Positions 1-11,800 of a stretch of DNA of 64,000 bases are shown in pieces. A program made the position numbers and the translations under genes. The notes below the pieces were generated by a model that did no database searches, was not told the origin of the DNA, and worked only from the letters and a program-made list of their open reading frames with translations. This DNA comes from Octopus vulgaris. Lineage: Eukaryota. The DNA is taken from NCBI GenBank assembly GCA_951406725.2, contig OX597815.1, positions 183,582,001 to 183,646,000 of the forward strand, read 5' to 3'. Each line of letters starts with the position of its first letter. Within the stretch, counting starts at the first letter, position 1.

Positions 1-887
1 TTCGTATATTAAATGCCATGAGAAGAACACAAAAGGTGGCGATGAGTTATATGTGTGAAGACGGGTGATTAAAAAGACGCTGAATTGTAAAGGAAACTCC
101 GTATATGAGGTTCGGCGATATTGAAAAGATTCAGATTAATTAGCCATATTTAGATGAAAGGAATGAAAATAATTTTTTTTGGCGAGGTGAATGTCGTTTT
201 GAATGATGAATTATGTGTGTAAAATATTTTGGAAACGTCGCGTAGAGGCCATACGTTAACATTCGTACGTGAACGACGCTCCGACGTAGTCAAGTGTGAG
301 AAGTTCGCTGAAGAAATAAGCGTTCACAAATATTTGCACAGATGAATCAAGTGAGAACGTAAGCTGTCAATTTGATAAGGGGACAATTTAAAATCTGGAC
401 AATGTAGTAACCTCCTAAGAGGATCTAACGCAAAATTATTGTTGAAAATGTGAAATATTCAGTAACTGGGGACCAAATAATATTGCTGTATTGGTTCGCA
501 AAAAAATAGAAAGTTGAACTTCGACAATCTAAAGAACCTTACAAAAGACTACAATTAATGTGCTATGGAGAAAATGGTTTTGGTCATATTTATTGATAAA
601 TGTAATTACTGTATAGGCAAAAGAACCGACCAGAGAAATCCCTTTGAATTTGCGGTCAAAGAAAATGATGTTGAATGATGTAGCAATATTGGAGACGGGA
701 GACTAATGAAAATGTGTGAGATCCGGTTTAAACTAAATAAATGTGCCGGATTTTGCACAAGGACATTTTTTTTGTCAGTGATAGATGTACGTATATTGAG
801 TGAAGATGCAGGAACGGATGAGATGTTGAGAAAGAACGTTTGTGAAAATTTATGTTTTAGGGCGCTTCTGTAAATAATGAAACTCAC

Positions 888-2887
888 GTGGAGTAGTTGT
901 TGGTAGAGTTGATGTAGGTGCTGATGTGACTGGTGCCATTGTTGTTGAGATAGGGTCTGCAATAGAGAATTAAAAGCCAAATTATACGATGGAAGGATCA
1001 TTTAAATTTCGATGAAATTGTCAATATATTGCATGCGGTAGAAATCGATGTAAATGTATTTAATGATGGGAAATTTGATATAAACTGCTTACGTTTACAG
1101 AGCTTTGCAGAGAGAGTTACCAACATATCTTTTGTTGGATCGGTTGGCAAAATTTCAATTTCCACCGTCGTTTGACCATTATGTTGTGTAATGTGTATAG
1201 TTCGATCTGGTGAGGATGTCTAATAAATGAAATGAAAATTCAATTGAAATAATCGTCAACTAAACGAAAAACGTGAATATAAATCAGGTGATGCTTTCAA
1301 AGATTCAGATTTCACTATGATATATATGAATGAATATTATCGATTAATTTAGCAAGAGAGAATCGACTGATTAAAACGGGATAACGTTGAGTATTCGAAC
1401 TTTATATTGTGCGATTGGAAATGGTTCTGTGAATAGAATGAAGAAAAGAGCTACTAGTGAATACCTCGATTTGCATTTTTGCAGATGGACGTGAAATGAA
1501 AACCGTAAAGGATTTCACATTGTCGTGTCGAATAAGGCGAATTGTACCTCCGTCATCTAGGTTGGGGCCAATATCTAATGTGATAATCCTTTTGCTATTG
1601 GAATTAGTTAGCCATCCAAAGTCTGGTCTGATGTCACCGGGATTGCCAACTGGTGGATTGAGAGAGATGGCTGTATCTGGGAGGAAAGATTCATCATCCA
1701 TCGCTTCTGATATATTACAGAACCCTGATAAAGAAAACAATCAGCTCTTGTATAATGAGAAATTGAGGCAAAAAAGTGATTCAGTTGTAAAAGTGAAAGC
1801 CCTGAAACAGTTGATTTACGATGAATCAAGTCAGAAGTTAGCTGTCAATTTAAAACAAGGAGAATTAAGAAGCATCTTAACAGTATATATCACAAAAATA
1901 TCGGTGAATATGTGAAATATTTATCTGTCAGGGGCAAGAGAATATTGTTGTAAGAGTTCGAAAATAAGAATAAAATTAGAATTTCGTCAAATTAAACAGT
2001 ATGCAAAATAATATGATGCCTTCGTAGGAAGTATGTTTGAAAAAGGTTTTTGTTTAGTACGTATAGAATAAAACTCACGTGGACGAGTGGTTGGTAGAGT
2101 TGGTGCAGTTCCTGAGGTGACTGGTGCCGTTGTTGTTGAGATAGGGTCTGCAATATTACATGGAAGACAAAATATTCGTTAGTAGAATTATTTAAGTACC
2201 AATGAAATTGGAAAACGAAGTAAAGGCAACTTATAATTAAATGGAAAGCAAAATATTCCATTGAAGGATCATTTAAATTTAGTTAAAATTGTAACTATAT
2301 AGCAATAGGTAGAAAACAAGGTAAACGTATTTAATGATGGGAAATCTTTATATATAAAAGTAAGGTTGTGTGTCTGTCTCCTACGATTTAGATTCCTAAC
2401 TACTCCCACATTTTGCGGTGCAGTTAAACCAAAACCGGGTATGTTATAGTCGTGATTCATATCGAGCCCTTCTGGGTATTAGCGCGCGTCTACGATGAGT
2501 CTACGATTTTAAAAATAATTTACCATCATTTTTTTTCATTTTAATGCATTTCCTCGCTATTATATAAGGGAAGTAACTCTCTAAAAATGCCTACGATGAG
2601 TCAACGATTTAAAAAAAAATTTACCATCATATTTTTTCCATTTTTAATGCATTTTTTGCTATTTTTTGGCTATAAACTCTCTAAAAAGGCTTTATAGTTA
2701 TTTCCCTTACAAACCCGAGCAACGCCGAGCGATACTACTACTTTGATATAAACTACTTACGTTTACAGAGTTTTGCAGAGAGAGTTACCAACATATCTTG
2801 TGTTGGATCGTCTGGTGACAGTACAATTTGCACCGTTGTTTGACCGTAATCTTGTGGAATGGAAACTGGTCGATCTGGAGAGGATTC
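888..2887 (-). CDS. Diverged terminal exons: C 2761-2887, D 2079-2147, B 1465-1724, C 1093-1219, D 888-956 (gene continues beyond position 1)
   Basis: Same exon lengths, phases and splice sites as the arrays. B reads [38 protein letters not shown]. No exon A lies between 1725 and 2078. Confidence 0.86.
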
Positions 2888-5800
2888 CTAATAAATGAAA
2901 TATAAAATAAATTGAAATAAACTGGAACAGCAAGAAAAGACGAACTGTATAATTGCTGTTTGTTTTCAAATATTCATAAGAAAAAGGGAATTAAAAATCA
3001 ATAGTTTGCATGTGTACAAAAAATCATTTTTTAGTACAATTAGGTAAAGAAATAAATTGATATAAATTTGAAGAGCAGAAAAACGGTGAAAATTAGCCAG
3101 TTCGCCTTTTCAATGACTGCAAGAACGCTCTTATATGTAAGAATGAATATTATCGATTAATATACCAAAGTATGTAGAACAATTAATATAGGAAATGTGC
3201 TGAGCTTTGAAATAGTGAATGGTATGATTCAAAACATTACAGTAAATCCAATGAAAAAAAAAAAAGGGCCACTACTGAATACCTGGATTTGTGTTTTTGC
3301 AGAAGGATGTAATATGAAAACGGTATAGGATTTCACATTGTCGTGTTCAACAAGGCGAATTATAGCGCCAAAATTTAGGTTGGGGCCAATATCTAAGGTG
3401 ATAGTCCTATTCTTATTGGAATTAGTTATCCATCCAACATCTGGTCTGATGTCTCCTGGATTGCCAACTGGGGGATTGAGAGAGATGGCTGTATCTGGGA
3501 GGAAAGATTCATCATTCATCGTTTCTGACAGCGCACACGACCCTGATAAAGAAAACAATTGCCTCTTAAATAATGCAAAATTATGGTAAAGTGTGTGTCT
3601 GTTGTATATGTGAAAGAAATGAATGGTTGGACTTAAGAAAAATTGTATTAATATTATTTACATTGACGAGGGGTTGTTGGGCTTGGAACAAGTTCTGTAG
3701 TTGCCATGGCAGTGGAGGCAGTTGCTGCATTATAAAACACGCATCGGATGAAGGATGTATAAAGCGAAGAACATAATTTTACAAGATTTATATAGAATAT
3801 TTTTGATACAGCCTAGAGACACATTTGCAGAAATAGAAATAGGAAAGGTATTGGGAAACAAAAATGCGTGGATATGGAGGAAAATTTGATCGTTCTCTTG
3901 GTTTCTGTCAGGAATGTAATATCGATAGAGATTTCTTACATGAAATACAAACAAGTTTGCATAAAATGCCCGTGCTTAGCTGAATAGGAGAGGAAGCGAT
4001 TATTTAAACATGAAAAGTATTCTGTTTAATGAGGTGCTAAATTTTAAGAAAAATTCAGTATATAAGGTAAGGTTTGTTGATATTGAAAAGATTGAGAATT
4101 AATAATCCATGTTTAGATGAAATCAACGAAAGGAAGAATGTTGTTTGGGATGCAGAAATATTCGTGTAAAATATTTTGGAAATGCTGTGTAGAGCGAAAA
4201 CGTGAACATCGGTACCGGTGAACGATGAACCGATGTCGATAACTGTGAGACGTAGCAGTGAAGCGATAAGAGTTGATGGATTAATTGATAGCTGAATTTA
4301 GTTAGAATTTAGGTTGTCAGGTAAAGAACAGGACAGGTTAGTATCATTCTGAGAGTGTAACGCAATAGTATCGCTGAGAATATGAAATTTTCAGCAGTTC
4401 TCAGGAAAATACTATTTTTATAATGGATGAGGATGAAAGGTAAAATCAGAATTCTCCCAATCGTAGTGTAGTGATGCTACAACGGCGCGCGCTCGCGCAC
4501 CGTCCATTGGTATTTCTTGCGTGTTGGTGCCTTTACCAAGGCACAGAAAGGAAGGGCCCTCTCGCGCATGCGCGAACCACCGGAAGCACGACGCGCTTGC
4601 CTATCGTGGTAGTTAGCGAGGCAAGGGGGTCGTAGAACGTTTGGCCACTAGCAGCAGTCATCGGGGACTTGGGACCCAGCGATTGAAGAGGGCGGTCACG
4701 CATATTTTCTCTCCGGTTGATAGCAGCAGTCGGCCGAATGCCTTTAACCAAATTGTTGCCGACCACATTCAACTTCCCTGTTCGACGCCATCTTGACCCC
4801 TTTCTGTTTTTGGGCTGAAGATTGTAAATATTACAATCTATTAACTTTCAGCCTTGCGCGCCCAGAATCAAGGACATCAGATAACACACTTATTGTTATT
4901 GTTTACCAAGAAAGAGAATAAAGTAGTTATATATATTTCACGTCTGCGTCTTGTTTCTGACTAGTAGAATTCTGGATTATTAAAGCAACGGCTAGTTAGT
5001 GATTGCCTTTCTTGTACCCCGAAAGTACAAGATAAGACTTTCACATCACTCACTAAGTTCGTTTCAGTAGCATCTTAGAAAAGATTACGGTGTTTGTGCA
5101 AAGGAGAAAACTGGTGTTCGTCCGATTCATTGTCCAATGAAATTATTATATGAGCAAAAGATCTGATCACGTGATTCTTTTTCTTTTTCTAATTGTCGTT
5201 GAAATGGATTGTGGCTGATCAATTTTTCAATAATTGTTAGTAAAGAGTGAGAAGAATCGCCGTCACCGGTGTGAGATTGTAGGAATGTAGAGTATTTTTC
5301 TGCAAGATATTTCTTTGTTTTACAGTGATTAATGTATATTGAATGAACGTGCGGCATTTGTTGACTTCATAGGAAGTATGTTTGAAAAAGGTTATTGTTT
5401 AATACGTATAGAATAAAACTCACGCGGACGAGTGGTTGGGAGAGTTGGTGCAGTTGCTGAGGTGACTGGTGCCGTTGTTGTTGAGATAGGGTCTGCAATA
5501 TTAGATGGAAGGCAAAATATTCGTTAGTAGAATTAGATAAATTTCGATGAAATTGGAAAAAGAAGTAAAGGCATCTAATGATTAGAAGTTTCATGTAAAC
5601 TGCTTACGTTTACAGAGTTTCGCAGAGAGAGTTACCAACATGTCTCGTGTTGGATCGGTTGGAGAAAGTTCAATTTGTAGCATGGTTTGACTATTATGTT
5701 GTGGAATGGCAACTGGTCGATCTGGTGAGGATTCCTAATAAATGAAGGGTAAAATTAACTGAAATAAACTTGAACAGCAAGGAAAGAGTGAAAATTATAC

Positions 5801-8800
5801 AGTTTGTGTTTTCGATGACTGAAAGAGCCCCATTATAATGTGGCTGATGAAAATAATAGAAACACCTATCATTAGAGAAGCATAATATTGAAATATCTAT
5901 AAAACCGGGCAAAGCTTGTTTAATCTTATGTGTTTTGATTAATTATGAGTGTTGCTTAATATGATTTGCCCAAATTTTCGTTTCATTTAAGATATCATGA
6001 GAAAAAGGTAATTAAAATTCGTTTGCATGTACTCTTGGAAAATATTATCTTTTAATAGAGTTACATAAATATATAAACTGATATAAACTTGAAGTGTAGA
6101 GAAAGAGTGAAAATTATAGAGTTCCAGTTTTCAGTGACTGAATGTGCCATATTATATGTAAGAATGAATATTATCGATTAATTTATCGAAGAATATCGAA
6201 CGTTTGAAATAGGAAATGTGTTGAGTTTCGAAATAGTGAATGGTGTGATTCAGCACGTTGCTGTAAGTAGAATGAATAAAAGGGCGACGAATAAATACCT
6301 GGATTTGTGTTTTTGCAGAAGGATGTAATATGGAAACGGTATAGGATTTCACATTGTCGTGTTCAACAAGGCGAATTATAGCGCCAAAATCTAGGTTGGG
6401 GCCAATAACTAAGGTGATAGTCCTATTCTTATTGGAATTAGTTATCCATCCAACATCTGGTCTGATGTCTCCTGGATTGCCAACTGGGGGATTGAGAGAG
6501 ATGGCTGTATCTGGGAGGAAAGATTCATCATTCATCGTTTCTGACAGCGCACACGACCCTGATAAAGAAAACAATTGCCTCTTAGATAATGCAAATTTAT
6601 GGTACAGTGTGTGTCTGTTGTATATGTGAAAGAAATGAATGGTTGGACTTAACAAAAATTGTATTAATACTACTTACATTGACGAGAGGTTGTTGGGCTT
6701 GGAACAAGTTCTGTAGTTGCCATGGCAGTGGAGGCAGTTGCTGCATTATAAAACACGCATCGGATGAAGGATGTATAAAGCGAAGAACATAATTTTACAA
6801 GATTTATATAGAATATTTTCGATACAGCCTAGAGACTCACTTGCAGAAATAGAAATAGGAAAGGTATTGGGAAACAAAAATGCGTGGATATGGAGGAAAA
6901 TTTGATCGTTCTCTTGGTTTCTGTCAGGAATGTAATATCGATAGAGATTTCTTACATGAAATACAAACGAGTTTGCATAAAATGCCCGTGCTTAGCTGAA
7001 TAGGAGAGGAAGCGATTATTTAAACATGAAAAGTATTCTGTTTAATGAGGTGCTAAATTTTAAGAAAAATTCAGTATATAAGGTAAGGATTGTTGATATT
7101 GAAAAGATTGAGAATTAATAATCCATGTTTAGATGAAATCAACGAAAGGAAGAATGTCGTTTGGGATGCAGAAATATTCGTGTAAAATATTTTGGAAATG
7201 CTGCGTAGAGCGAAAACGTGAACATCGGTACCGGTGAACAATGAACCGATGTCGATAACTGTGAGACGTAGCAGTGAAGCGATAAGAGTTGATGGATTAT
7301 TTGATAGCTGAATTTAGTTAGAATTTAGGTTGTCAGGTAAAGAACAGGACAGGTTAGTATCATTCTGAGAGTGTAACGCAATAGTATCGCTGAGAATATG
7401 AAATTTTCAGCAGTTCTCAGGAAAATACTATTTTTATAATGGATGGGGATGAAAGGTAAAATTAGAATTCACCCAATCGTAGCATCTTAGAAAAGATTAC
7501 GGTGTTTGTGCAAAGGAGAAAACTGGTGTTCGTCCGATTCATTGTTCAATGAAATTATTATATGAGCAAAAGATCTGATCACGTGATTCTTTTTCTAATT
7601 GTCGTTGAAATGGATTGTGGCTGATGAACTTTTCAATAATTGATAGTAAATATTGAGAAGAATCGCCGTGACCGGTGTGAGATTGTAGGAATGTAGAGTA
7701 TTTTTCTGCCAGATATTTCTTTGTTTTACAGTGATTAATGTATATTGAATGAACGTGCGGCATTTGTTGACTTCATAGGAAGTATGTTTGAAAAAGGTTA
7801 TTGTTTAGTACGTATAGAATAAAACTCACGCGGACGAGTGGTTGGGAGAGTTGGTGCAGTTGCTGAGGTGACTGGTGCCGTTGTTGTTGAGATAGGGTCT
7901 GCAATATTAGATGGAAGGCAAAATATTCGTTAGTAGAATTAGATAAATTTCGATGAAATTGGAAAACGAAGTAAAGGCATCTAATGATTAGAAGTTTCAT
8001 GTAAACTGCTTACGTTTACAGAGTTTCGCAGAGAGAGTTACCAACATGTCTCGTGTTGGATCGGTTGGAGAAAGTTCAATTTGTAGCATGGTTTGACTAT
8101 TATGTTGTGGAATGGCAACTGGTCGATCTGGTGAGGATTCCTAATAAATGAAGGGTAAAATTAACTGAAATAAACTTGAACAGCAAGGAAAGAGTGAAAA
8201 TTATACAGTTTGTGTTTTCGATGACTGAAAGAGCCCCATTATAATGTGGCTGATGAAAATAATAGAAACACCTATCATTAGAGAAGCATAATATTGAAAT
8301 ATCTATAAAACCGGGCAAAGCTTGTTTAATCTTATGTGTTTTGATTAATTATGAGTGTTGCTTAATATGATTTGCCCAAATTTTCGTTTCATTTAAGATA
8401 TCATGAGAAAAAGGTAATTAAAATTCGTTTGCATGTACTCTTGGAAAATATTATCTTTTAATAGAGTTACATAAATATATAAACTGATATAAACTTGAAG
8501 TGTAGAGAAAGAGTGAAAATTATAGAGTTCCAGTTTTCAGTGACTGAATGTGCCATATTATATGTAAGAATGAATATTATCGATTAATTTATCGAAGAAT
8601 ATCGAACGTTTGAAATAGGAAATGTGTTGAGTTTCGAAATAGTGAATGGTGTGATTCAGCACGTTGCTGTAAGTAGAATGAATAAAAGGGCGACGAATAA
8701 ATACCTGGATTTGTGTTTTTGCAGAAGGATGTAATATGGAAACGGTATAGGATTTCACATTGTCGTGTTCAACAAGGCGAATTATAGCGCCAAAATCTAG

Positions 8801-11800
8801 GTTGGGGCCAATAACTAAGGTGATAGTCCTATTCTTATTGGAATTAGTTATCCATCCAACATCTGGTCTGATGTCTCCTGGATTGCCAACTGGGGGATTG
8901 AGAGAGATGGCTGTATCTGGGAGGAAAGATTCATCATTCATCGTTTCTGACAGCGGACACGACCCTGATAAAGAAAACAATTGCCTCTTAAATAATGCAA
9001 AATTAAGGTAAAGTGTGTGTCTGTTGTATATGTGAAAGAAATGAATGGTTGGACTTAAGAAAAATTGTATTAATATTACTTACATTGACGAGAGGTTGTT
9101 GGGCTTGGAACAAGTTCTGTAGTTGCCATGGCAGTGGAGGCAGTTGCTGCATTATAAAACACGCATCGGATGAAGGATGTATAAAGCGAAGAACATAATT
9201 TTACAAGATTTATATTGAATATTTTCGATACAGCCTAGAGACTCACTTGCAGAAATAGAAATAGGAAAGGTATTGGGAAACAAAAATGCGTGGATATGGA
9301 GGAAAATTTGATCGTTCTCTTGGTTTCTGTCAGGAATGTAATATCGATAGAGATTTCTTACATGAAATACAAACGAGTTTGCATAAAATGCCCGTGCTTA
9401 GCTGAATAGGAGAGGAAGCGATTATTTAAACATGAAAAGTATTCTGTTTAATGAGGTGCTAAATTTTAAGAAAAATTCAGTATATAAGGTAAGGTTTGTT
9501 GATATTGAAAAGATTGAGAATTAATAATCCATGTTTAGATGAAATCAACGAAAGGAAGAATGTCGTTTGGGATGCAGAAATATTCGTGTAAAATATTTTG
9601 GAAATGCTGTGTAGAGCGAAAACGTGAACATCGGTACCGGTGAACGATGAACCGATGTCGATAACTGTGAGACGTAGCAGTGAAGCGATAAGTGTTGATG
9701 GATTATTTGATAGCTGAATTTAGTTAGAATTTAGGTTGTCAGGTAAAGAACAGGACAGGTTAGTATCATTCTGAGAGTGTAACGCAATAGTATCGCTGAG
9801 AATATGAAATTTTCAGCAGTTCTCAGGAAAATACTATTTTTATAATGGATGGGGATGAAAGGTAAAATTAGAATTCTCCCAATCGTAGCATCTTAGAAAA
9901 GATTACGGTGTTTGTGCAAAGGAGAAAACTGGTGTTCGTCCGATTCATTGTTCAATGAAATTATTATATGAGCAAAAGATCTGATCACGTGATTCTTTTA
10001 CTTTTTCTAATTGTCGTTGAAATGGATTGTGGCTGATCAATTTTTCAATAATTGATAGTAAAGAGTGAGAAGAATCGCCGTCACCGGTGTGAGATTGTAG
10101 GAATGTAGAGTATTTTTCTGCAAGATATTTCTTTGTTTTACAGTGATTAATGTATATTGAATGAACGTGCGGCATTTGTTGACTTCATAGGAAGTATGTT
10201 TGAAAAAGGTTATTGTTTAGTACGTATAGAATAAAACTCACTCAAACGAGTGGTTGGGAGAGTTGGTGCAGTTGCTGAGGTGACTGGTGCCGTTGTTGTT
10301 GAGATAGGGTCTGCAATATTAGATGGAAGGCAAAATATTCGTTAGTAGAATTAGATAAATTTCGATGAAATTGGAAAACGAAGTAAAGGCATCTAATGAT
10401 TAGAAGTTTCATGTAAACTGCTTACGTTTACAGAGTTTCGCAGAGAGAGTTACCAACATGTCTCGTGTTGGATCGGTTGGAGAAAGTTCAATTTGTAGCA
10501 TGGTTTGACTATTATGTTGTGGAATGGCAACTGGTCGATCTGGTGAGGATTCCTAATAAATGAAGGGTAAAATTAACTGAAATAAACTTGAACAGCAAGG
10601 AAAGAGTGAAAATTATACAGTTTGTGTTTTCGATGACTGAAAGAGCCCCATTATAATGTGGCTGATGAAAATAATAGAAACACCTATCATTAGAGAAGCA
10701 TAATATTGAAATATCTATAAAACCGGGCAAAGCTTGTTTAATCTTATGTGTTTTGATTAATTATGAGTGTTGCTTAATATGATTTGCCCAAATTTTCGTT
10801 TCATTTAAGATATCATGAGAAAAAGGTAATTAAAATTCGTTTGCATGTACTCTTGGAAAATATTATCTTTTAATAGAGTTACATAAATATATAAACTGAT
10901 ATAAACTTGAAGTGTAGAGAAAGAGTGAAAATTATAGAGTTCCAGTTTTCAGTGACTGAATGTGCCATATTATATGTAAGAATGAATATTATCGATTAAT
11001 TTATCGAAGAATATCGAACGTTTGAAATAGGAAATGTGTTGAGTTTCGAAATAGTGAATGGTGTGATTCAGCACGTTGCTGTAAGTAGAATGAATAAAAG
11101 GGCGACGAATAAATACCTGGATTTGTGTTTTTGCAGAAGGATGTAATATGGAAACGGTATAGGATTTCACATTGTCGTGTTCAACAAGGCGAATTATAGC
11201 GCCAAAATCTAGGTTGGGGCCAATAACTAAGGTGATAGTCCTATTCTTATTGGAATTAGTTATCCATCCAACATCTGGTCTGATGTCTCCTGGATTGCCA
11301 ACTGGGGGATTGAGAGAGATGGCTGTATCTGGGAGGAAAGATTCATCATTCATCGTTTCTGACAGCGGACACGACCCTGATAAAGAAAACAATTGCCTCT
11401 TAAATAATGCAAAATTAAGGTAAAGTGTGTGTCTGTTGTATATGTGAAAGAAATGAATGGTTGGACTTAAGAAAAATTGTATTAATATTACTTACATTGA
11501 CGAGAGGTTGTTGGGCTTGGAACAAGTTCTGTAGTTGCCATGGCAGTGGAGGCAGTTGCTGCATTATAAAACACGCATCGGATGAAGGATGTATAAAGCG
11601 AAGAACATAATTTTACAAGATTTATATTGAATATTTTCGATACAGCCTAGAGACTCACTTGCAGAAATAGAAATAGGAAAGGTATTGGGAAACAAAAATG
11701 CGTGGATATGGAGGAAAATTTGATCGTTCTCTTGGTTTCTGTCAGGAATGTAATATCGATAGAGATTTCTTACATGAAATACAAACGAGTTTGCATAAAA

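Noticed and set aside
6835-6925. Possible fifth exon per unit (gtgagt at ~6835-6840, cag at ~6921)
   Set aside because: It would be phase 1-0 and break the frame. The donor is absent from the 3.8-kb unit and from type-2 units.
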